64,000 nt of DNA. Origin: Nostoc sp. (lineage in GTDB: Bacteria; Cyanobacteriota; Cyanobacteriia; Cyanobacteriales; Nostocaceae). The stretch is taken from positions 64,001 to 128,000 of the forward strand of contig JBALDB010000008.1 in the NCBI GenBank assembly GCA_036918135.1. Reading direction: 5' to 3'. The stretch's first letter is position 1. The number at the start of each line of letters is the position of its first letter. The notes under the pieces are model-generated. The model made no database searches. It saw only the letters and a program-made list of their open reading frames with translations, and was not told the DNA's origin. Shown here piece after piece: positions 18,476 through 28,500 of this stretch. The position numbers and the translations under genes are program-made.

Positions 18476-18556
18476 CAAACAAGTAGCATAATTCCTGCTT
18501 GCTATCATAAAAACAAGGATAAAGTATAGCTGTTTAAGTAGCAAATAAGTAGCAAA
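18470..18556. repeat. Two tandem pairs of AAGTAGCA(A/T)A repeats (11 bp period, pairs 66 bp apart)
   Basis: Copies at 18470, 18481, 18536 and 18547. Confidence 0.7.
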
Positions 18557-18639
18557 ATTGATACAAAACCTTAAAAAGCCTATAGTACCGTCAAACTCTT
18601 AGACTAGACTATAACCACAGGGCAATCACAGGAATAAAT

Positions 18640-19245
18640 ATGATGAGCGATCGCGACTATACACTAATCATTGACAAAAGCGGTAGTATGTCCACACCCG
18701 ACCAGGTGGGTGGTAGAACTAGATGGGAAATAGCCCAAGAATCTACACTCGCTTTGGCAAGAAAGGCGGAACAGTTTGACCCAGATGGGATTACTGTTTA
18801 CGTGTTTTCCGGTAGATTCAAACGCTACGATGATGTAACCTCAGCCAAAGTCGCACAGATATATCTCGAAAACGATCCTGCTGGTACAACCAACTTAGCA
18901 GGCGTACTCCAAGATGCAATAAATAATTTTTTTCAACGTAAAGCTGCTGGGAAAAGCAAGCCGAATGGAGAAACAATTTTAGTTATTACTGATGGTGAAC
19001 CAGACGATCGCAAAGCTGTATTTGAAGTTATTATTCATGCTACTCGCCAGATGGAGCGTGATGAAGAATTAGGAATTTCAATTATTCAAGTAGGTTCAGA
19101 TGCCCAAGCAACTAAATTTCTCAAAGCTTTAGATGACCAATTACAAAGTGTTGGCGCAAAATTTGATATTTGCGATACAGTTACTTTAGACGACCTCGAA
19201 GAAATGAGCCTTGTAGATGTATTAACTAACGCCATAATTGACTAA
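18640..19245 (+). CDS. von Willebrand factor A domain protein, paralog 1
   Basis: MIDAS DKSGSM, GTTNL, VITDGEP. Confidence 0.9.
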   Translation: MMSDRDYTLIIDKSGSMSTPDQVGGRTRWEIAQESTLALARKAEQFDPDGITVYVFSGRFKRYDDVTSAKVAQIYLENDPAGTTNLAGVLQDAINNFFQRKAAGKSKPNGETILVITDGEPDDRKAVFEVIIHATRQMERDEELGISIIQVGSDAQATKFLKALDDQLQSVGAKFDICDTVTLDDLEEMSLVDVLTNAIID

Positions 19246-19368
19246 GAAAAGATAATTTTATCAGTTTTATCTCCTAAATGAGAATAAGAAGATTCTGGAG
19301 GATAGTAATTCTGCTAAAAAATAATTCAAAATTTAGAATTTCTGACGAAATATTTGAGGAATTTGTAA

Positions 19369-19974
19369 ATGCTAGAAAATCGGGATTACACTTTAATTAT
19401 TGACAAAAGTGGTAGTATGGCTACCCCAGATCAGAAGGGTGGTAGAAGCAGATGGCTAGCAGCACAGGAATCTACTTTAGCTTTAGCTAGTAAATGCGAG
19501 CAGTTTGACCCAGATGGGATTACTATTTATGTATTTTCTGGTAAATTTAAGCGCTACGAAAATGTGACAGCCAGCAAGGTAGCACAAATTTTTCGGGAAA
19601 ACGATCCCTCTGGTACAACTGACTTAGCAGGTGTGTTAAAACATGCAACTGATGATTACTTTCAACGCAAACGAGCCGGTCAAACTAAGCCCAATGGTGA
19701 AACAATTTTAGTGGTTACTGATGGTGAACCAGACGATCGCAAAGCAGTTATGAGGGTAATAATTGAAGCTTCTCGCCGTATGGATCGAGATGAAGAATTA
19801 GCCATTTCTTTTATTCAAGTGGGTACAGATCAGCAAGCAACCCGTTTTCTCAAAGTGTTAGACGATGAACTCCAAGGAGCTGGTGCTAAGTTTGATATCT
19901 GTGACACAGTTACTATGGAAGATATGGAAGATATGAGTTTATCAGAAGTGCTACTCAATGCCATTAATGACTAA
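19369..19974 (+). CDS. von Willebrand factor A domain protein, paralog 2 (tandem duplicate)
   Basis: Same 201-aa length and motifs as 18640-19245. Confidence 0.9.
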   Translation: MLENRDYTLIIDKSGSMATPDQKGGRSRWLAAQESTLALASKCEQFDPDGITIYVFSGKFKRYENVTASKVAQIFRENDPSGTTDLAGVLKHATDDYFQRKRAGQTKPNGETILVVTDGEPDDRKAVMRVIIEASRRMDRDEELAISFIQVGTDQQATRFLKVLDDELQGAGAKFDICDTVTMEDMEDMSLSEVLLNAIND

Positions 19975-20119
19975 TAAAATTAAGTAAAAAATCATTATGA
20001 AACAGCGATTTTTTTAACTATATAAAATGAGAGTTTAATTAAAACTTTTAAAATTATTTTATGTAGGTTTAAAAAATTGTAAAGAGAATATAGCTGTCCG
20101 TTTTATAGGAATTGTACAA

Positions 20120-20515
20120 ATGGATTCTATTGATAAGCTGTTAGCTGAACTGAAAACTGAATACGAACAAGTGCAACCTAAACAGCAGCCTCCAAAATCA
20201 ACTACAGCCAAATCGTTGATTCGACCATTGCCAAAATCACCATCTTTAATGGATAATCTTCTGGCAGAAGTTAAGGCTGATTTCGCAGAAAAAGATGCTA
20301 CTGAGGAATTAAAAAGACAGCAAGAACTAGAACAGGAACGAATTCGACAAGAACAACTCAAAGCAAAACAAATAGATGCTTTGAAAGTAGAGGCAAAAGA
20401 ATGGTTAGCTAAAATAGATCCATTTTCGCCTGAAGGACTTTGGTTTGAAAGGTTTGCTGAAAGTTATCCTTCAAAATTAGAGGCAGCAATTGAATATTTA
20501 CGAAGCAACGAATAA
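20120..20515 (+). CDS. Conserved cyanobacterial coiled-coil protein (Slr1339/salt-stress-like)
   Basis: MDSIDKLLAELK...EGLWFERFAESYPSKLEAAIEYL. Confidence 0.7.
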   Translation: MDSIDKLLAELKTEYEQVQPKQQPPKSTTAKSLIRPLPKSPSLMDNLLAEVKADFAEKDATEELKRQQELEQERIRQEQLKAKQIDALKVEAKEWLAKIDPFSPEGLWFERFAESYPSKLEAAIEYLRSNE

Positions 20516-20529
20516 ACTTTAATTTAGTT

Positions 20530-20637
20530 ATGGATAACGATTTATTAGCTTTCTTTGCTGGAGTCGGGTTACTTATTCTCTATCTGATTTTTTCAGCATT
20601 TACAGAAATGGGTACTAAACTCCCTTGGAAGAAATAA
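20530..20637 (+). CDS. 35-aa single-TM small protein (below ORF track cutoff)
   Basis: MDNDLLAFFAGVGLLILYLIFSAFTEMGTKLPWKK*, starting 14 bp after the preceding stop. Confidence 0.6.
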   Translation: MDNDLLAFFAGVGLLILYLIFSAFTEMGTKLPWKK

Positions 20638-20808
20638 GCTAATATAGCAATGAATTAAGAATTGAGAGTTTTGAAAATCAAAAATATGTAAATTTCAGAT
20701 GCTCAACTAGCTAAAAGATTTACATTTATTAATCAAATTAACCTGGAAAAAAGCAGTAACCATTTTTACGGCTAAGCTAACACAATTAATTGATTGAGAG
20801 AATACCAA

Positions 20809-20919
20809 ATGCGCGATCCACAGAATAACCAAATAAAAATTGAGCCAGCAACCCTTGTTTTAATTGTATCTGTCTTAATACTTTTGCCTCTGGTAGTTGT
20901 TGGTTTTTTCTCGCAGTGA
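20809..20919 (+). CDS. 36-aa single-TM small protein (below ORF track cutoff)
   Basis: MRDPQNNQIKIEPATLVLIVSVLILLPLVVVGFFSQ*, with GAGAG upstream. Confidence 0.55.
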   Translation: MRDPQNNQIKIEPATLVLIVSVLILLPLVVVGFFSQ

Positions 20920-21028
20920 TCCCATTTTCCTAAATATCTGATATCGATAACATAGGTAAATTTTAGCGCGATCGCCTTTAACATTCAGGTGCGTAACGCG
21001 AGTGTTAACGCACCTAATCACCTCAAAA

Positions 21029-22177
21029 CTACTTAGGTAAAACTTGCCGCAGTGCTGCTATGAGTTGGTCAACACTTTCCTTACGACTATTAAAGCCCAT
21101 CAATCCCACACGCCAAACTTGACCGACTAATTCGCCAAGACCACCGCCAATTTCAATATTATGTTCATTGAGTAACTGCCGAGCGATCGCTTTACCATCT
21201 ACTCCTACGGGAATGCGAACAGTGGTAAGGGTTGGTAGTCGATACTCCCGCTCAACGTGCATACTCAATCCTAAGTCTTCCAGCCCTTCCCAGAGGTATT
21301 CTACGTTCTTTTGATGACGCTGCCAGCAGTTTGCTAATCCTTCTTCGGCAACTAAACGCAGTGCTTCCCGCAATGCGTAGTATAAATTAATGGGTGCTGT
21401 GTGGTGATAAACGCGTTCGCTGCCCCAGTACTTACTTAACAAAGACATATCTAAATACCAATTGGCAACTTTCGTGCGACGCTGTTGTAATTTCTCGGCT
21501 GCACGCGGACTCATGGTAAAAGGCGAAGCACCAGGCGGACAACCCAAACCTTTTTGGCTACAACTATAAGCGAGGTCAACTCCCCAAGCATCCAATAAGA
21601 TAGGAACACCACCAAGACTTGTTACGGTATCTACTAATAGCAGAGTACCAAATTCACGACACAAATCAGCAACTCCTTCTAAAGGTTGGCGTGCGCCTGT
21701 GGAAGTTTCGGCATGAACCAGAGCTAGAATAGCTGGACGGTGAGTTTGGAGAGCAGTTTGTAATTCTTCCAAGTTGAAAACTTGTCCCCAAGGCTTGGAA
21801 ATCGTTCGCACATCAGCACCATAACGTCCAGCCATATCTACAAGGCGATTACCAAAGTAACCTGCTACGCCAATCAAAACTACATCACCAGGTTCTACGC
21901 TATTGGCGATAGTTGCTTCCATTGCAGCTGTTCCCGTACCACTAACTGCAATAGTGAGGGGGTTTTCTGTTTGCCATACGTAGCGTAGTAACGACTGGAT
22001 TTCATCCATCAATGCGAGAAAAGCCGGGTCAAGATGCCCAACTGGTGAAGTATTCATCGCTTGGAGAACTGTGGGATGAGCATTCGAGGGGCCTGGCCCC
22101 AACAGTAAACGAGATGGGATTTCTAAAGGTGAGAGTTGCAAGCGCCCAGAATCGTTAATTGAAATTGTTGGCGTCAT
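21029..22177 (-). CDS. Alanine/serine-glyoxylate aminotransferase (class V PLP)
   Basis: [40 protein letters not shown] (PLP Lys). Confidence 0.93.
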   Translation of the reverse strand: MTPTISINDSGRLQLSPLEIPSRLLLGPGPSNAHPTVLQAMNTSPVGHLDPAFLALMDEIQSLLRYVWQTENPLTIAVSGTGTAAMEATIANSVEPGDVVLIGVAGYFGNRLVDMAGRYGADVRTISKPWGQVFNLEELQTALQTHRPAILALVHAETSTGARQPLEGVADLCREFGTLLLVDTVTSLGGVPILLDAWGVDLAYSCSQKGLGCPPGASPFTMSPRAAEKLQQRRTKVANWYLDMSLLSKYWGSERVYHHTAPINLYYALREALRLVAEEGLANCWQRHQKNVEYLWEGLEDLGLSMHVEREYRLPTLTTVRIPVGVDGKAIARQLLNEHNIEIGGGLGELVGQVWRVGLMGFNSRKESVDQLIAALRQVLPK

Positions 22178-22339
22178 AATCTGTCTTCGCTTAGACGATA
22201 CTTACCGCATCATAAAGCGATCGCATCACCGATGTTTGAGTTAGTCTACCATTTACCATAAGAAAGGATAACGCAAAGTTTTGCACTCTGTCTAACAAAG
22301 GTATATTGGCAGTATATTTACATTTAATTGATTTAAATT

Positions 22340-23005
22340 TTGAATTTTGAATTTTTCAAACGCATTGACCACCGACCCCGACTGATTATTGCTGTTGGAG
22401 TCGCTGCATTCGTTTCAGTAATACTTCCACATTGGCTGCATTTAGCGACGCGGATTCTTTGTGCTTGGAACTGTGGTGCTGACTTTTTCTTAATCTTAAC
22501 CTGGTGGAAGATGATCGAGGCTACACCAGAAAAAACCCACCGTTATGCCGAGAGAGAATACGAAGGACGTTTAGCGATATTTATGCTAGCGATCGCCGCA
22601 GCTTGTGCTAGTGTGTTAGCGATTGTGTTTCTGCTAACTGATAAAAAAGGGCACTCAATAACTTTCCTTACTCTACACGTCATACTTTCAATTATGACGA
22701 TTCTCGATTCCTGGTTATTGGTACATACTATGTTTGCACAACAATATGCACATATTTATTATCAACATATTAGTTCTAATCATCAAGAAATCAGCAAAGG
22801 TTTAGATTTTCCCAATACCGAATCTCCAGACTACTGGGACTTTTTATATTATTCTTTTGTGATTGGTATGACTAGCCAAGTTTCAGATGTGCAGACAACA
22901 TCAAGCGATATGAGACGTTTGACACTACTGCATGGTATATTATCTTTCTTTTTCAATACCACAATTTTAGCCATGACTATTAACATCATTGCATCGCTGA
23001 TTTGA
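22340..23005 (+). CDS. DUF1345 membrane protein
   Basis: GLDFP...PDYWDFLYYSFVIGMTSQVSDV...LSFFFNT. Confidence 0.88.
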   Translation: MNFEFFKRIDHRPRLIIAVGVAAFVSVILPHWLHLATRILCAWNCGADFFLILTWWKMIEATPEKTHRYAEREYEGRLAIFMLAIAAACASVLAIVFLLTDKKGHSITFLTLHVILSIMTILDSWLLVHTMFAQQYAHIYYQHISSNHQEISKGLDFPNTESPDYWDFLYYSFVIGMTSQVSDVQTTSSDMRRLTLLHGILSFFFNTTILAMTINIIASLI

Positions 23006-23178
23006 AAATTACAGCAGAATTAGTGAATTCACCAATTCACCAATTCAGAAGTAAAATACGCTTTAACCCCACCCCTAAGAGTAGCCTCTTAGGACATTTG
23101 CCGCGAGCATATGCTCTTTGGGGTTCTGACTTTATTGCAACGAAGTAAAAACCGCTATAATCACAAACTCACAAAAGA

Positions 23179-23349
23179 AGGGACTGACAAATAAAAAATA
23201 TTCCACTATTTACAATCAACAGTCAATAGGAGCTAGTGCGTTGGGCGGCTCTGCCGATTTGTACCGCTAACACTGAACCCGCAGGGTAGCAACTGGCGTT
23301 CATCAGTCATTAACTTCAAATAAGATAATTTATTTGTTGAAATTACTTA
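23179..23349. repeat. Degenerate MITE-like element with nested small dispersed repeats
   Basis: Ends agggactgacaaataaaaaata / taatttatttgttgaaattactta; a related half-end occurs near 43520-43540 (tattttttggaagtctcta). Confidence 0.4.
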
Positions 23350-23593
23350 AGTACTTATAACGAGTTTGATAATTAATTAGTTTTTCTATAAAGACGGAAA
23401 AACTATTTTAATTAATTGAGAACTATTGTGAAAAGATGATAGCAAGAGCTAAAGTAGAGCAATCTAATATCCAAGTACATTAAAGCACACCAACTAAGTT
23501 TCAGATTGCAATTCTAAGTGTGAGTAACTTCCAAGGACTGTACATAAATTGCTGTTTAATCGTTAAATTACCAAAGATTTAGTAGTAAACCAT

Positions 23594-25336
23594 TTGCTGA
23601 CTCTCAACTCTGAACTAACATTTATGCAGCTCAATCAAAAACTTTTTCTATACTCTTCTCTGGCTGAACTTCCTTTACTCAAAAAAAGTTATACTGCCAA
23701 AATTATGGTAGTGGCATTTTTGGGAACTCACGTACCACTTTTGACTTTAATCTTCAATTTCGTGACTTCCAACTCCTATTCTTGGGAAATCACAATTCAA
23801 GTGCTGCTGAATGCTCTTTTGGCTACCCTAGTAGGGACAGTAGCTACTCTTTGTGCATTACACTATCTACTTGCTCCGGTAATTTTGACATCTGTGGCAT
23901 TGCGAGACTATTTGCAAAATAAAGAATTACCACAACTGCCCACAGAATTTGGCGATGAAGCAGGCACACTGATGGCAGATACTTCACAAACTCTGCACAA
24001 ATTAGATGAGTTGATTAACCAGATTAGCAATTATGACAATTTGACTGGGTTACCGAATCGAGATTTATTTAGCGATCGCCTTTACCAAAACGTGTCACAA
24101 TCTCAAAATCCCCAGCAATTGATTGCTGTTCTCTCACTAGCGATTGATAATTTCACTGCCATCAGTCATGGGCTAAACCATGAAACATCAAATAACCTAT
24201 TAAGAGCAGTTGCCCAACGTTTGACAAACTGTATAGCTAAAACAGATATCCTCGCATGTTTGAGTCAAGATGAGTTTGCGATCGCTCACATAAATATCTT
24301 ATCCTTTGAGGATGTAGTCAGTTTAACAAAAATCCTACAGACTACACTAGCTAAACCCTTCTTTATAGATGGTCAGCAGATTCACATCACAGCCAGTATA
24401 GGTATTAGGATTAGTGACTTAGGCGATCGTAATAGTGTCGAGCAACTATTGCAGAAGGCTCACATAGCATTGTATCAAGCAAAACAGCAAGGGTCTAGTC
24501 AATACCAGTTTTATTCACCAGAAATTAACGCTCAGTTGCAAGAGCGATTAGCATTAGAAAATGAATTACGTGGGGCACTGGAGCGCAGCGAACTAGTAGT
24601 TTATTACCAACCGCTGATTGATTTGCACACTAGAGAAGTTACAGCAATGGAAGCACTATTGCGCTGGCAGCATCCTACCAGAGGTTTAGTTTCTCCAACA
24701 AAGTTTATTCCTATTGCCGAACGTAACGGTTCAATCGTACCTATCGGTGAATGGGTGTTGCGAACTGCCTGCACCCAAAATCGGGACTGGCAACTTGCTG
24801 GACTGCCGCCAATTCGCATCTCAGTTAACCTCTCGGCTCGACAATTTGAGCAACTAAATTTAGTTGAAGTTGTCAAACAAATCTTAGAACAGACAGAATT
24901 GCAACCATCTTACCTAGAACTGGAAGTCACTGAAAGCTCTTTAATGGCTAATATTCAGCATTCAGTTAAAACCCTCAAACAGTTACGAGAACTAGGAGTA
25001 TGGCTAGCTTTGGATGATTTTGGCACTGGTTATTCTTCTCTCAACTATTTGAAGCGCTTTCCTGTGAACATGCTCAAAATCGACCGCTCATTTGTACAAG
25101 ACGCGACATCAAATTCTGATAGCGCTGCCGTCACCGATGCCATCATTGCATTAGCTAAAAGCCTCCAGTTGAAAATTACAGCAGAAGGAGTAGAAACTCA
25201 ACAACAGCTTGACTATTTACAAAAGCGTGGGTGTCAAGAAGGTCAGGGATTCTACTTTGGTATCCCTGCTCCCGCCGACACAATCACCGACATACTCAAG
25301 CAGAATTCTCTGCAAATACAGAAGATACCTGCATAA
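23594..25336 (+). CDS. Membrane GGDEF(degenerate)-EAL c-di-GMP phosphodiesterase; likely start ATG 23624
   Basis: Two TM segments, DNLTGLPNR, SQDEF in place of GGDEF, EALLRW, DDFGTGYSSL, EGVE. Confidence 0.9.
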   Translation: MLTLNSELTFMQLNQKLFLYSSLAELPLLKKSYTAKIMVVAFLGTHVPLLTLIFNFVTSNSYSWEITIQVLLNALLATLVGTVATLCALHYLLAPVILTSVALRDYLQNKELPQLPTEFGDEAGTLMADTSQTLHKLDELINQISNYDNLTGLPNRDLFSDRLYQNVSQSQNPQQLIAVLSLAIDNFTAISHGLNHETSNNLLRAVAQRLTNCIAKTDILACLSQDEFAIAHINILSFEDVVSLTKILQTTLAKPFFIDGQQIHITASIGIRISDLGDRNSVEQLLQKAHIALYQAKQQGSSQYQFYSPEINAQLQERLALENELRGALERSELVVYYQPLIDLHTREVTAMEALLRWQHPTRGLVSPTKFIPIAERNGSIVPIGEWVLRTACTQNRDWQLAGLPPIRISVNLSARQFEQLNLVEVVKQILEQTELQPSYLELEVTESSLMANIQHSVKTLKQLRELGVWLALDDFGTGYSSLNYLKRFPVNMLKIDRSFVQDATSNSDSAAVTDAIIALAKSLQLKITAEGVETQQQLDYLQKRGCQEGQGFYFGIPAPADTITDILKQNSLQIQKIPA

Positions 25337-25429
25337 TATAGCAGGGAGCAGGAGGCAGGAGGTAAAAACATTACTCTTCCTGACATTCACGCTTGTTATT
25401 ATGTCCTAACTTATATGACTACGGCTATA
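25337..25429 (-). repeat. Dispersed MITE-like element, copy 2 (inverted, diverged)
   Basis: Reverse complement reads tatagccgtagtcatataagttaggaca...ttttacctcctgcctcctgctccctgctata. Confidence 0.7.
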
Positions 25430-25564
25430 ACTATATCTCTCAAAAGTGCTGTATCTACGTATTTACAGCTTATACCCTGACGGCTTTTTTAACTGCATAA
25501 TAGATTTTTCAAACATCCTCTCAAAGTTCGTTGGTTTATTCCCAAAAAGTTTAATTCTCTTCCT

Positions 25565-28500
25565 TCACCAAGGATTGCCAACCATTGTAAATCCAGCCCA
25601 ATAGTAAGGATGCATAAGTGATTGGTCGGGTTCATCAATACTGTCAGCAGGCAAAGGCAAGTTTCCTACTGCTCCCAAACCTTGGACTTGACCATCCTTG
25701 ACGTAAATTTGTCCTTTAGCCATAGCTACTTGAGCCTGTCTTAGAGCTTCTGCCTTAATGGGTGCTGTTCTTAAATTCTCATAAAATTTGGTCATCAATG
25801 CTGCTGTCCCAGAATCGTTAACCGACCAAAGACTGGCAACACTAGTTTTCACACCTGCCAGCACTGCTAAACCCGCAAACCCAAGTTCTGACTCTTCATC
25901 CCCCAAAGCTGTTCTACAAGCACTCAGCACCATCATCTCTACTTGGGGTTCATTTAACCGCAACTGCCGTAACTGATTCAAACGTAACTTGTCCTCCCAT
26001 AATTGAATATAAGAATTACTCAAGCCGCCAGTCGCAAAATCGGCATGAGTTGCCATGTGAATAATGCCAAAAGGTTGTTGCCGACGGACATTTTTGAGAT
26101 TTTTTAAGGTGGCTTGCTTGTCCAACAATAATTTACCTTGCCAAAGTTTGGACACAAGTGTTGATATTTCAACAGGAACTGCCGGTAAAGGATCTTGCCC
26201 TTGAGTACTTTGAGAGACTCCTAGCGCTAAAATTTGAGATTTTCTAATATCTGTATATACGGTGTTAGTCAAGCTCAGACTCGGCATCAAGCCAATACTG
26301 TATTTTTCCACCAGAAATTGTTTACCATCGTGAAGCGCTGCCATTGGAGTTGAACGTAAACCAATGTCTGGTAGAAAGACTAAATTATTAATTTTTCTAG
26401 CTTGTAAATCTGCCTCCACTGGTGCAATCAGCCAGCGATAAAGTTGTTGAGATGAACGCAAATAACCAGTGCGGCGACGGTTTTGTGGACTAACAATTTG
26501 GTCGCGAAATTCTTGAGCCACTTGTAAAACTTTGGCTTTGGTAGTTTCTGTTATGCGTTTACGAATGGGGTCACCTTTTCCAGTGACTAGTACTATTTCT
26601 AGTTGGTCGCTATCCTGTTCTGATAAAGTATTTAGCTGTTTAGTTCTCTCTGGTATAATCTCCACAGGGACAAAACTAACATACATAAATGCAGGTTTTA
26701 CACCAGTAGCTTCCTCTATTTTGCGAGCAATTTCTTTGGCATCATCCAATGTTTTTATTTTGGGATTGCGTATGCCTAAATGGTCGCCAAAATCATCTGT
26801 AAATTTATCTTCTGGAGTAGGATCGGTATTCAGAACAGGGTCATTAATATTAGGGTTATTCGAGCCAGGATTAATCGGTTTATCTGGTGAATTGCACTGG
26901 AATGTGCAAGGGGCAGGATCTGGCCTGTTGTTTGGCGGCCTGACGTTGATTGCTACCTGTACAGGTGTTGAGGATGAAACAACGTCGCTTGCTCTAACTG
27001 TGAATGCATTGATTAGCCCTGTGCTATCGGTCGGTGGTGTGTAGTTTAGTGTCTCACCTGTAGTTAATGTGTCTCCCGCAGCTAAAACTGTATTGCCTCG
27101 TCTCAAGGTTCCTGCCTGAATGCTATCAATGACAACGGTGGTGTTATCTAAATTGACATCGTTAGTGGTGGTAGTAAATGTGAAACTTAAGGTTTGATTG
27201 ACTTGAGCATCGGATGATAGGAGCGTATTTGTTGTTGTCAGTGTAGGGGGGGTATTGACAGAAGTAATGGCGATCCCAGTTGGAGTACCGCTAGCATCTC
27301 CACCATTAGGCAAGACTGGAAAGCTATTTGAAGGATTGATAAAATTGTCGCCTGTATTAATTGACCCTGCTGTGCCATTGATACTCGCATCACCTACGGT
27401 AAATGGCACATTGTTTGGCCCACCATCGTGTTGAATTCTGACAGTACCTCCCCCCGCAATAGGTTGAAGGATGGGACTTCCTCTAAAGGGAGCAAATTTA
27501 CTAGTAGCTATTGTTACACCTGTATCAGTTTCACCATTATTAATTGTCCCTATTCCTTGAACTAGTCCGTTGGTCAGCACTTGCACATTACCACCTTGAC
27601 CAGTGTCCTGAGTCAATTCAAAATTAAAAACGTTTGTTCTGGACTGTGTATTGATGCTGCTAAAGCGAATTGTACTGCCAAAGGTATTGGTAGTCTCTAG
27701 AGCTACGTTACCACCTGTAGCAGCCGTTCCTATATTACCTGCGGTGGTAGTTGCTGAGGTATCAATAGCACCATTAACTGTGATATTATCTCTGGCAGTT
27801 AAGCTGACTGTGCCAGCCGTCCCTGTAAAAGGGTCACTTTTAGGGCTGACTATAGATGAGTTAATTGCACCTGTAGTAATACTACCTAAGGTAGTTTTTG
27901 CTACTACATCGCCACCCCTACCGAATTCACTACCATTAATTGAAGAAGAATTAATCGTATTTGTGAGGATATTGCCTGCGGCACTTAAAGTTACTCCTCC
28001 AGCTGTTGCACTAGCAGGAAAGTCAGGGTTAGGGTCTTGAACGTTGCTGGTGTCAAGGTTATTTAGAGTAATTCCACCGCTAGTACTTTGGACTATAATA
28101 CTACCACTAGATGATTGGTAGCCCTGACCTGTAGCAATAATGTCGCCAGCAGTAATGTTACCACGCGCAGACAAGGTGACATTAGCACCATTGCCATTAG
28201 TAATAAATTGACCTCCCTCGTCGATAAAGAAGCTGCTAGTGTTAATAACTCCTAAAGACAGGCTCGCTCCTGAAATGGTGATATCCCTGCCATTAGTCCT
28301 GATGGTGTCGCCTATCCCCATCGTAAAAGCACCGACACCATTACCATCTGCATCTGCGGTAAAAGCGATCGCTTTGCCACCATCATTAACAAAATTCAAC
28401 GATACGCCATTAGCGATCGTAATATTATTAGTCGCTGCCAAAGTAACAGCAGCATTCTGACTTTCTAAAGACGCTTTAGAAATGGTGAAAATAGCTGGGG

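Larger units (their letters stand above)
16346..18556. mobile_element. Degenerate phage/plasmid-like integrated element remnant (no integrase in window)
   Basis: Tightly overlapping small ORFs, a TGT/DpdA-like gene, a phage-type pseudogene, a putative DNA-binding ORF and paired AAGTAGCAAA repeats at the right edge. It sits where the upstream part of the NHLP operon would be expected. Confidence 0.6.

Noticed and set aside
16346..18556. Heterocyst-type programmed excision element interrupting a gene
   Set aside because: No recombinase, no flanking direct repeat found, and the two flanks are not halves of one gene.
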